Of a stretch of 64,000 bases of DNA, positions 1 to 9,376 are shown in pieces. The notes below the pieces were generated by a model. The model was not told where the DNA came from. It did no database searches and was given only the letters and a program-made list of their open reading frames with translations. Each line of letters opens with the position of its first letter. The stretch's first letter is position 1. The position numbers and the translations under genes are program-made. The DNA is from an uncultured Alphaproteobacteria bacterium (GTDB taxonomy: Bacteria; Pseudomonadota; Alphaproteobacteria; Rs-D84): NCBI GenBank assembly GCA_944392815.1, contig CALXXY010000001.1, positions 32,001 through 96,000 of the forward strand, in the 5' to 3' direction.

Positions 1-819
1 CCAATATGCGGCGTACCATTCCAGCATGGTGAATTCCTGCAGGTGCATGGCGTCCATGCCTTCGTTGCGAAAATTTTTGCCCAATTCATACACGCGGTCA
101 AATCCAGCGGCAATGGTTTGTTTCAAAAATAATTCCGGCGCAATACGCAGATAAAAATCAGCGTCCAACGCATTGTGATGCGTGATAAATGGGCGCGCGG
201 CGGCACCACTGGCCACAACCTGCATTATCGGGGTTTCAACCTCGGTAAAACCATTGGCGTTTAAATATTCGCGTATCAGGCGCAACATTTTAAAACGCAT
301 TTTCATCGTGCGACGTGTGTCTTCGTTGGCAATTATATCCAGATAGCGTTGACGATAACGCGTTTCCATATCCGTCAACCCGTGGAATTTTTCCGGCAAC
401 GGACGCAGGGCTTTTGATAAAATTTCATATTTTGCCACGCGCACAGTCAATTCGCCCGCGGTTGTATGGTATAATTCACCATCAATACCGATAAAATCGC
501 CCAGGTCGACATTGGATTTCATGAATTTATATTGTTCTTCGCCCAATTCTTCGCGGGACATAGAAAACTGGATTTCGCCGTCAATATCATAAATGCGGCC
601 GAACATCAATTTCCCCAACCACCGCAGTGCCGTGACGCGCCCCGCCAGGCGCACATGCGCGCCATCGGACAAATTGCGGGCGTCACAAATTTTGTGGCTG
701 CGGTCAAATTTATCTTTCCAAACAACACCATCGCGGGCGCGGATATTTTCTGCCTTTTGCAGGCGCGCCTGTAATTCATTTGTCGATATTTTCGTGGTAC
801 TGTTTGCGTTTTCTGACAT
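1..819 (-). CDS. lysS: Lysine--tRNA ligase, class II (5' part; runs off the window edge)
   Basis: Manual translation MSENANSTT... contains LRPLPEKFHGLTD, RYRQRYLD, FTEVETPIMQ, GAAARPFITHHNALD, YLRIAPELFLK and motif 2 FRNEGMD. RBS AAGGA upstream. Confidence 0.96.
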   Translation of the reverse strand, partial: MSENANSTTKISTNELQARLQKAENIRARDGVVWKDKFDRSHKICDARNLSDGAHVRLAGRVTALRWLGKLMFGRIYDIDGEIQFSMSREELGEEQYKFMKSNVDLGDFIGIDGELYHTTAGELTVRVAKYEILSKALRPLPEKFHGLTDMETRYRQRYLDIIANEDTRRTMKMRFKMLRLIREYLNANGFTEVETPIMQVVASGAAARPFITHHNALDADFYLRIAPELFLKQTIAAGFDRVYELGKNFRNEGMDAMHLQEFTMLEWYAAYW

Positions 820-850
820 TTTCGTTTCCTTTGTTGGGCGTTTAAAAGTT

Positions 851-878
851 AAAAAAAGGACGCATGAAAAGTGCGTCC
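851..878 (-). terminator. Intrinsic terminator between tRNA-Gly and lysS (possible attenuator)
   Basis: Minus-strand hairpin GGACGCA...TGCGTCC followed by T7. Confidence 0.7.
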
Positions 879-964
879 GTCAATTTTTTTGATGGTCGCA
901 CCGTATCAATAAAAAATTTTCAAAACCAATTTCATTTTCCGATTGTCCCCATCAGATAAAACTT

Positions 965-1041
965 TGGTGCGAGCAAAGGGGCTCGAACCCTCGACCTCAA
1001 CCTTGGCAAGGTTGCGCTCTAGCCAACTGAGCTACGCTCGC
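965..1041 (-). tRNA. tRNA-Gly(GCC)
   Basis: Reverse complement GCGAGCGTAGCTCAGTTGGCTAGAGCGCAACCTTGCCAAGGTTGAGGTCGAGGGTTCGAGCCCCTTTGCTCGCACCA folds as a cloverleaf with anticodon GCC and encoded CCA. Confidence 0.98.
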
Positions 1042-1090
1042 ACTGTGGGGTATATTTTTACATATCTTTTTTGCAATTGCAAGTAAAATT

Positions 1091-1348
1091 TTATCGCTGG
1101 CGTCCGGGGGCAAAATACCGCAATGAATCCAGCGTATATTGGCGTTTTGCCAAATCGTGACGCCGTTGTTGAATGTTTAATTCCTGCTGTTTTAATGTGT
1201 TGGCGTGGCGGATCTCGCCCCAAATACCGTATGCCGCCACAGACATCATCATTATGCTGAACGCCAACACAAAATACAGGCACCCGGTCGGGTTTGTCCG
1301 AACCGGGTCGCCAAAATCACTGCCGGAAATTTCGCGTTTTTCCGTCAT
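1091..1348 (-). CDS. Hypothetical single-TM protein
   Basis: 85-aa ORF directly after the 343-aa ORF; one hydrophobic segment, coiled-coil-like C-terminus ending GRQR. Confidence 0.7.
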   Translation of the reverse strand: MTEKREISGSDFGDPVRTNPTGCLYFVLAFSIMMMSVAAYGIWGEIRHANTLKQQELNIQQRRHDLAKRQYTLDSLRYFAPGRQR

Positions 1349-1351
1349 GTG

Positions 1352-2383
1352 TTATAACCATTTCCATGGTTGGATTATCTGCAGAAATCCGTATGCAGTA
1401 CGTTTGTCTGCGAATGTGTGACCACAACGTGGGCATACGATGAACGGTGCGATAACGGCCTTGGTCTTTTTAAACATGGCGTGCCATATCCACAACCCCA
1501 GTACCCATACGGCGATTACCAATCCCCATGCGACATAGTTGAAATACTGGTCAACTGTGTCGGTGATGACGGTGATAACCTGGACATCGGATTGTGACAA
1601 ATCGTCATAAATTTTTGTTGCCACAGGCCACGACGACGGGCGCCACGGATACACGTGTTCAATGCCGTAATTCGTCAGCAATGTTGTGCCCAGGCCACCT
1701 GTGTTTTTATCCAATTGCGATTTGATTACGTCGTCAATCATATCGTCAATTTGAACCTGCAGAACACTGGTTAACTGGGTTTCGATTTCGTCCAATTTTT
1801 CATTGACCATCGCGGCAGTGTCATCAACGCGGGCGATTGTTTCGTTGGCTTTGTCAATACCGGTGTTAACCTGGTCTACGCCTTTGTTTACTTCGTCCAG
1901 GGCCTTGTCTATGCCGCTGGTGTTAATGCCAAACATGTTGGCCAGGCCGGTTAATTTGCCAACCTTTTCCGTGGTGTCGGTCACTTTTTCAGTGGCGGCG
2001 CCTGCGTCGGCGGTGACCTGTTTGGCTTTGTCTGTGGTATCGGTGACAACATCAACGGCGTCGCCCACCATGCGGACTTTGTCCACAGCAAACGCAACCG
2101 GTTTTTCCAGATTAATCGCGTCCTTGATACCGTCCAACAATTTTTCGTATTGTTCAACTATGTTGCGTTGCAGGTCGAAAAACATAGACACAACTATCGA
2201 TTTTTTAATCGGTTGGGAATACGTGTTTTTCACCCACAGCGGTGTCGCAATTACCAGCGCAATCCAGATAACCGATATCACCGCAAATGTAATTTTTACA
2301 CGGGTGATAAACGATTTTTTCTTTTTAACGGTTTTTGCGCCGTTTTGTTCGATTACTTCGACTTCTTTTTTCTTTCTGGGCAT
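1352..2383 (-). CDS. Hypothetical membrane protein (2 TM, long helical/coiled region, C-terminal CPRC motif)
   Basis: 343-aa ORF with RBS AAAGGAG; two hydrophobic helices flank a heptad-rich region. Confidence 0.8.
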   Translation of the reverse strand: MPRKKKEVEVIEQNGAKTVKKKKSFITRVKITFAVISVIWIALVIATPLWVKNTYSQPIKKSIVVSMFFDLQRNIVEQYEKLLDGIKDAINLEKPVAFAVDKVRMVGDAVDVVTDTTDKAKQVTADAGAATEKVTDTTEKVGKLTGLANMFGINTSGIDKALDEVNKGVDQVNTGIDKANETIARVDDTAAMVNEKLDEIETQLTSVLQVQIDDMIDDVIKSQLDKNTGGLGTTLLTNYGIEHVYPWRPSSWPVATKIYDDLSQSDVQVITVITDTVDQYFNYVAWGLVIAVWVLGLWIWHAMFKKTKAVIAPFIVCPRCGHTFADKRTAYGFLQIIQPWKWL

Positions 2384-2446
2384 GATAAAACTCCTTTCCT
2401 GAACATATACAGTTTAATAAAGTTTTGTTTTTTATTTCAACTGTTT

Positions 2447-2800
2447 TTATCGTGTTTGCTGTTTGAATGCAACTATCATTTCGGCTGACATCGAACGCGC
2501 AAATTCAGTGCTGGGCCAGGTGCTTTGCAATTTCATGATTTGATTTATTGTGTTGTAATACAATTCTGCGTGACGTTTATTATCAAAAGTCGATACCTGG
2601 GTCGTCGGTAAAAGTTTGCACTGTCCCGGTCTGTCCTGGTCCGGCAAGCACGCCAATGTGTAAACGTATGTTAATTTTTTTATCGTCTTTTTCGCCGTGG
2701 CCAGATAGATTTTATCCGACGCACTTAATACTAATTTTGGTTGTACTTGGTTTTCTTTCAGCCAACGGGCGGCCAGTTTTAATTTTAAATTTTCAAACAT
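2447..2800 (-). CDS. Hypothetical protein
   Basis: 117-aa ORF with RBS AAAGGA, co-oriented downstream of tgt. Confidence 0.7.
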   Translation of the reverse strand: MFENLKLKLAARWLKENQVQPKLVLSASDKIYLATAKKTIKKLTYVYTLACLPDQDRPGQCKLLPTTQVSTFDNKRHAELYYNTINQIMKLQSTWPSTEFARSMSAEMIVAFKQQTR

Positions 2801-2826
2801 ATATCTTTTTCCTTTTTCGTTTTTAA

Positions 2827-3954
<1,128 letters not shown>

Positions 3955-4088
3955 TTATTTAAAGTTTTCGCGCCATACCGTCCCTAAATCAGCGTCAAAA
4001 TCCGCGCCCTGGGTTACAATTGATATAGGGCCATCAAAATAACCGTCAGTCCATTTGGCAATTTATGTAATTGCGGTTCAAATTTCAT
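3955..4088 (-). pseudogene. Probable internally deleted M16-family peptidase remnant
   Basis: RBS plus MKFEPQLHKLPNGLTVIL (typical M16 N-terminal L.NGL.V) joined out of frame to YFDGPISIVTQGADFDADLGTVWRENFK*. Confidence 0.5.
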
Positions 4089-4100
4089 TTACGTTTCCCT

Positions 4101-4505
4101 TTATCTGGTGCGCCCGGCGGCAGCCATGGCCAACTGCTGTTGTTGCACTTGTTGCAATTCAGATTGCATTTGCGCGTACATGCGTTGCATTTCTATAATC
4201 TGGCGCCCCAATGTGAATGTGTCTGTTTGCAGGGCCGATTGATTATCGCGATTTTGCTGGACCTGTTTTTCCAGTTGTTTGACACGTTTTTGCGTTTGTT
4301 TATATTTGCGTTCCAGTGCGCGATATTCTTTGTTTTTATCCAATGTTTTGCCATTTTTACCGATAAATTTATCAATCAGTCCCTGAATCGCGCGGGATTT
4401 AATTAACATACTGCCCCATTTGAACGCACTTTTACGTCCCGCTTTGCTTTTCATAAAACGTGCCCATAATTTCGGGTTTGCCAAAAAACGCAGCCATGCA
4501 GCCAT
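4101..4505 (-). CDS. Hypothetical basic coiled-coil protein
   Basis: 134-aa ORF with GGAG RBS starting 3 nt after the queA stop; Q-rich heptads. Confidence 0.75.
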   Translation of the reverse strand: MAAWLRFLANPKLWARFMKSKAGRKSAFKWGSMLIKSRAIQGLIDKFIGKNGKTLDKNKEYRALERKYKQTQKRVKQLEKQVQQNRDNQSALQTDTFTLGRQIIEMQRMYAQMQSELQQVQQQQLAMAAAGRTR

Positions 4506-4508
4506 TTT

Positions 4509-5579
4509 TTACTCCTTTGCCTGTGTGTTGTTTTGTTGTTGTTTTTTAAACAGTAAACAGCAATCGCCATATGAAAAAAATCTGTATTTTTCTGCGACTG
4601 CGTGCGCATATGCGCATTTCATTTCGTCCAGTCCGCTGAACGCGGAAACCAACATGAACAGTGTTGATTTGGGCAAATGAAAATTCGTCAGCAACACATC
4701 GACCGCACGAAATTCGTATCCGGGCGTGATGAAAATATCGGTACTGCGGCAAATTGGTGCAACCCGCGCAAAACGTTCGTTTTCGGGACGTGCCCAGTTG
4801 TCCATTGCCGCACTTTCCAACGTCCGCATAGACGTTGTACCAACCGCAATTACGCGTTTTGCGTTGTTAATTATATCGGCCTGTGGCGGGGTGATACAGC
4901 ACCATTCACTGTGCATTTTGTGTTCGTTCAGGTTTTCTGTTTTCACCGGCAACCATGTGCCCGCACCAACGTGCAGTGTTATTTTGACTATTTTCGCGCC
5001 ACGGCGTTCGATTTCGTCCATTAATTCGGGCGTAAAATGCAGGCCGGCCGTGGGTGCCGCCATTGACCCCAATGGTTCGGCGTACACAGTTTGATAACGC
5101 GTGCGATCGGATTCTTCGGCATCGCGTTTCATATATGGTGGCAAAGGCATTTTGCCAACTGCGTCCAAAACCGCGAACACGTTGTCGCACATGAATTCCA
5201 ATTTTAACCCACTGTCGTCTTTTTTATCCAGCACGCGTGCGGTGGTGCCATCGTCCAGGGTTAATATTTCATCGATTGGAATTTTATTGAATTTTTTGCA
5301 CAGCCCCCACCACGTTTTATCATTTTCGGCGGTATGCAATGTAATTTCGTATGCCGTGCCATGTGAATCTGTGGCATTAAAACGCGCGGGGATTACGCGC
5401 GAATTATTAAACACAACAACGTCGCCGGGCTGTAAGTAATCCACAAAATCGCGAATATGCCTGTCCACCAGATCATTCCCATGCACCACCAACATGCGCG
5501 AGGCGTCGCGTTGTTGCAACGGGTGCGATGCGATTAATTCAGGCGGCAATTCAAAATCAAAATCAGACGTATGCAACAT
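4509..5579 (-). CDS. queA: S-adenosylmethionine:tRNA ribosyltransferase-isomerase
   Basis: DFDFELPPELIA, PLPPY, YQTVYA, AAPTAGLHF, LHVGAGT, TNFHLPKSTL, YRFFSYGD. Confidence 0.98.
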   Translation of the reverse strand: MLHTSDFDFELPPELIASHPLQQRDASRMLVVHGNDLVDRHIRDFVDYLQPGDVVVFNNSRVIPARFNATDSHGTAYEITLHTAENDKTWWGLCKKFNKIPIDEILTLDDGTTARVLDKKDDSGLKLEFMCDNVFAVLDAVGKMPLPPYMKRDAEESDRTRYQTVYAEPLGSMAAPTAGLHFTPELMDEIERRGAKIVKITLHVGAGTWLPVKTENLNEHKMHSEWCCITPPQADIINNAKRVIAVGTTSMRTLESAAMDNWARPENERFARVAPICRSTDIFITPGYEFRAVDVLLTNFHLPKSTLFMLVSAFSGLDEMKCAYAHAVAEKYRFFSYGDCCLLFKKQQQNNTQAKE

Positions 5580-6472
5580 TATTTTTTGAATTCCAATCCC
5601 TGGTCAATATAGTTTTCGGCGGTATCTTCCCAATTTGGTTCAACACGCACAAACAAATGCAAACGCGCGTTTACACCCCATTGATCCTGGATATCATGGC
5701 GGGCAGCGGTGCCAATTTTTTGCAATTGCGCCCCGCCCCGGCCGATAACTATTTTTTTATGTGCGTCGCTGCGCACGACTATTTTTTGGTATATATCCAA
5801 AACGCCGTCGTCGGCCACGTCCACGCGTTCAGTCACAACATTGATGTGATATGGCAATTCCTGGTGAATATATCTGTAGATTTTTTCGCGCGTCAATTCC
5901 GCCAAATACAAATTATCAGGCACATCGGTTGCGTCATGCGGTTCAAACAAATACGGGCCGGCCGGCATAACGTCCGCCAATGCGCGCAACATTTCATTTA
6001 CGCCGTCGTTTTTCAATGCGGAAATCATGAATATATCACGCGGGTGCGCCAATTCATTAATTTCGGCCGTCAGCGGCAACAAATCTGGTTTTGGGACTGC
6101 GTCAACCTTGTTCAAAGCGACAAACAAATTTTTATGGTCGCGGATTTTTTCAACCAATCCGCGCACTGTATCGGTTATGCCCTTTTGTGCATCGATTAAC
6201 AGCAAAATCGCATCTGCGTCACCGGTTGCGTCCATGGCCGCGCCAACCATGGCCCTGTCCAGGCGACGCGACGGGCGAAATATCCCGGGTGTATCAACAA
6301 ATATTAACTGACGCGACCCGACCATTTTCACCGCCCGCAGGTTCGTACGTGTTGTTTGCACTTTGTGTGAAACAATCGACACCTTGCGCCCCATGATTTG
6401 ATTTATCAGGGTGCTTTTCCCCGCGTTGGTTGGGCCAACTATTGCAATAAATCCTGAATAAGTTTTGTTCAT
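5579..6472 (-). CDS. era: GTPase Era
   Basis: GPTNAGKST, DTPG, NKVD, ISAL and KH domain VIGRGG. Start placed at MNKTYSG. Confidence 0.96.
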   Translation of the reverse strand: MNKTYSGFIAIVGPTNAGKSTLINQIMGRKVSIVSHKVQTTRTNLRAVKMVGSRQLIFVDTPGIFRPSRRLDRAMVGAAMDATGDADAILLLIDAQKGITDTVRGLVEKIRDHKNLFVALNKVDAVPKPDLLPLTAEINELAHPRDIFMISALKNDGVNEMLRALADVMPAGPYLFEPHDATDVPDNLYLAELTREKIYRYIHQELPYHINVVTERVDVADDGVLDIYQKIVVRSDAHKKIVIGRGGAQLQKIGTAARHDIQDQWGVNARLHLFVRVEPNWEDTAENYIDQGLEFKK

Positions 6473-6575
6473 ACCCCCAGCATAGCACAGCAAATGAAAA
6501 AGTGAACAAAAATCTTGCAAACGTGCCACGGGCGTGTAGAATTTGACCAGAGAGATAACCCAAAAGGTATTTTAC

Positions 6576-7295
6576 ATGCAGTTAACCGGACCGGAAATTT
6601 TGCGCCGTATGCAAACATATAACAAAAATAATCCTGGATACAAGCCGGACATTGTTATCACCCCATTTGATGAAAAATGCCTGGGCAGCAACAGTTATGA
6701 TTTGCACCTGGGGGATTTGTTAAAAGTGTATAAACACACGATTCCTGTTGGAATGCGGCCCATTATTGAATATCATGGCGGCAGAAAATATTCCATGCGT
6801 GATTGGTTCAAATCATACAATGATTATTTGAACTATCACAAAAATCCCGAGTTATTTGATATTCGCAATCCGCAATACTTGCTGGATCCGTGCGATGCAC
6901 AATCACACGAAACGGTCGATATAAAAATCCCGACGAATGGGGTTATTTTGTCCCCTTTGATTGGATATTTGGGACACACAGTGGAATATACTGAAACGTA
7001 CAATCTGTTCCCGTATATAGACGGCAAATCGTCTGTGGGCCGCAATTTCATATTAAATCACCACACGGCTGGGCGTGGCGACGATGGTTTTTGTGGCCAA
7101 TGGACGTTGGAAATTCGCGTGTTGCACCCGACTGTCGTATATCCCAATATGCGCATAGGGCAAATTTACTATGAACAATTCGTTGGCGAACGCAAACCAT
7201 ACAATGAAAACGCCAGCAGTCATTACAACGGGCAAATGGGTCCCACGCCCGCGGCAGTAATTCCGATTGAATCAATCACACAAAAACAACGATAA
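6576..7295 (+). CDS. dcd: dCTP deaminase with an internal insertion
   Basis: NSYDLHLG, GKSSVGR, TAGRGDDGFCGQWTLEI, YPNMRIGQI, YNGQ. Start placed at MQLTGPEI. Confidence 0.85.
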   Translation: MQLTGPEILRRMQTYNKNNPGYKPDIVITPFDEKCLGSNSYDLHLGDLLKVYKHTIPVGMRPIIEYHGGRKYSMRDWFKSYNDYLNYHKNPELFDIRNPQYLLDPCDAQSHETVDIKIPTNGVILSPLIGYLGHTVEYTETYNLFPYIDGKSSVGRNFILNHHTAGRGDDGFCGQWTLEIRVLHPTVVYPNMRIGQIYYEQFVGERKPYNENASSHYNGQMGPTPAAVIPIESITQKQR

Positions 7296-7397
7296 AAAAG
7301 GAACCTTTGGATTCGGAATAAATTATATTGACGATACAGGAAAATATTGCTATTATTCAGCGCAGAAGTACGCCGAATCCAAAGGTCAGTTTAGATT

Positions 7398-8387
7398 ATG
7401 CACAACTTTTTCATAAAGTTTATAGCTTTGTTCATTCTGTCCCCAAAAACTCGCAGGGAATTCAAGGAACGGCACATAAAACCCACTGCCACAAAACGGA
7501 TGCTTGCAGCAATAAATGCAAAGTTAGATTGGGTAAACAATTTCCTGAAAATAACAAATGATATCACAAAAATACCGCCTGCACGCGGGGATTTGCGCAC
7601 TTTGCAATTGGGCAGTGCGAAATTATTAAGCATTATTCACGATATCTGTACGCAACACGGTTTGCAATATTGGTTAATGTACGGAACATTGTTGGGTGCT
7701 GTACGACATGGCGGATTTATCCCCTGGGACGACGACATAGATATTGGCATGATGCGCCCCGATTACGATAAATTAATCCAAATTTTGGGGAATGGGTTGT
7801 ACACAAAAACAACTGGGAATATTACATTTAATGTCGCTGATATTACCAAGGTGTTTTACAAAAACAGCCCTGCCCGTGTGGATATTTTTCCATTTGAACA
7901 ATATTATACAGATACCAAAACAGACGCAAAAAAACAGGAATTACGCGATAAAATAACCATTGCCCACGATGCAATAAAATGGGATTGGGAACATCTGGTC
8001 GGATTTTGGCCCGATATAATTCCGACGTCCCCACAAACATATGAACAGCGTGTAAAGATTCAAAATGACGTAATCATGCAGGGACGTCGCGGCATAAAGG
8101 GCGGCACCCTGTTCCGTGGCGCTGACGTTTATGGATTGTCGGGCAGTATGCGCCTGTATTCGCCCGACGACATATTCCCGTTGCGCACCATTAAGTTCGA
8201 AGGATATGAATTATACATTCCGCAAAAATCTGAACAAATGCTGGCACAGACATATGGCGATATATACATGTGGCCAAACGATATATTTCCACACCACGCG
8301 TTGCTGGCAAAGACCAATTTCGCCCAGATGGCGTTATTGAATGAATTATTAAATCAAACGAACAAACAGATATTAAAAAAGGCGTAA
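7398..8387 (+). CDS. LicD-family phosphotransferase
   Basis: YWLMYGTLLGAVRHGGFIPWDDDIDIGMMRPDY, VDIFP, IFPL...FEG, YGD. Confidence 0.93.
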   Translation: MHNFFIKFIALFILSPKTRREFKERHIKPTATKRMLAAINAKLDWVNNFLKITNDITKIPPARGDLRTLQLGSAKLLSIIHDICTQHGLQYWLMYGTLLGAVRHGGFIPWDDDIDIGMMRPDYDKLIQILGNGLYTKTTGNITFNVADITKVFYKNSPARVDIFPFEQYYTDTKTDAKKQELRDKITIAHDAIKWDWEHLVGFWPDIIPTSPQTYEQRVKIQNDVIMQGRRGIKGGTLFRGADVYGLSGSMRLYSPDDIFPLRTIKFEGYELYIPQKSEQMLAQTYGDIYMWPNDIFPHHALLAKTNFAQMALLNELLNQTNKQILKKA

Positions 8388-8392
8388 TAATT

Positions 8393-8821
8393 ATGACACA
8401 ACGTGCCATAACGTACGGGGTTTTCGATTTTTTACATCTGGGGCACGTCAGATTATTTGCCAATATAAAGCACTGTATACTGAATGACACTGGTTCGCTG
8501 ATTGTGGCGTTGCATGCGGACGCGTGTATCAAGAGCACCAAACCCGACGCCCATGTTCTGTACCCCCAGGCACAGCGTGCAGAAATGCTGGGGGCCATTA
8601 AATACATTGATGATGTAGTAATATATGATTTCATAGATACTGATTTGCCAAACCGCGATTTTGATATCCTGGTTGTTGGCCCAGATCAAGTAAATGAGCA
8701 TTTTCAACGTGCTATTAATTGGTGTCATGCACATAAAAAAACTGTTGTTGTTATGCCACGAACAAAAAACATATCGTCAACCGAAATTAAAAACAAAATC
8801 GCCAAAGAGTTAAAACTATGA
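8393..8821 (+). CDS. Cytidylyltransferase (TagD/glycerol-3-phosphate cytidylyltransferase-like)
   Basis: TYGVFDFLHLGH (HxGH) and PRTKNISSTEIK. Confidence 0.9.
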   Translation: MTQRAITYGVFDFLHLGHVRLFANIKHCILNDTGSLIVALHADACIKSTKPDAHVLYPQAQRAEMLGAIKYIDDVVIYDFIDTDLPNRDFDILVVGPDQVNEHFQRAINWCHAHKKTVVVMPRTKNISSTEIKNKIAKELKL

Positions 8822-9351
8822 ATTATGTCATTCATAAATCCGATGGGGATATTACATTGGATATCCGTCGTCCAAATGAAAATGATTTCGATGCGTATTG
8901 CAAATTTATCCAGCAAATTGCCACAGAAACTTGCTTTACATTCCATTACGTTGGCGAACCAGAAATTAACCGCGCCCGGCAATTAGAATTGTGGGCCGCG
9001 CCACACAGGTACACTGTTGCCGCATTTGATGGCGACGTGATGGTTGGGTATACATGTTTATATGCCACAAATCCTGGGCACCCGTATCTGGGGCATAACG
9101 GTGGTTTGCATACGTATATTTTGCAAAAATATACTGGGGTTGGACTGGGCACCAGATTACACGAATTACACGCTGCACACGTCAAAGATTTGGGGATAAA
9201 ACGTATATCTGTAAATGTGCATGCCGACAATGTTGCAAATTTAGCATTATTGCATAAACAGGGATTTATAACAGAATCCGTGGCCCGGGGTCGGTATTTT
9301 GTGAATGGCGAATATGTTGATTGTTGCAATTTGGTAAAATGGTATGAATAA
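8818..9351 (+). CDS. GNAT-family N-acetyltransferase
   Basis: YTGVGLGTRL motif A and N..NLALLHKQGF motif B. Confidence 0.85.
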   Translation: MNYVIHKSDGDITLDIRRPNENDFDAYCKFIQQIATETCFTFHYVGEPEINRARQLELWAAPHRYTVAAFDGDVMVGYTCLYATNPGHPYLGHNGGLHTYILQKYTGVGLGTRLHELHAAHVKDLGIKRISVNVHADNVANLALLHKQGFITESVARGRYFVNGEYVDCCNLVKWYE

Positions 9352-9376
9352 AAAACTGGGGTGCACCCCAGTTTTT
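9351..9376. terminator. Bidirectional intrinsic terminator
   Basis: AAAAACTGGGGTGCACCCCAGTTTTT between convergent genes. Confidence 0.8.

Noticed and set aside
820-964. T-box or lysine riboswitch ahead of lysS
   Set aside because: The region is too short and lacks the T-box UGGNACC bulge and L-box conserved elements.
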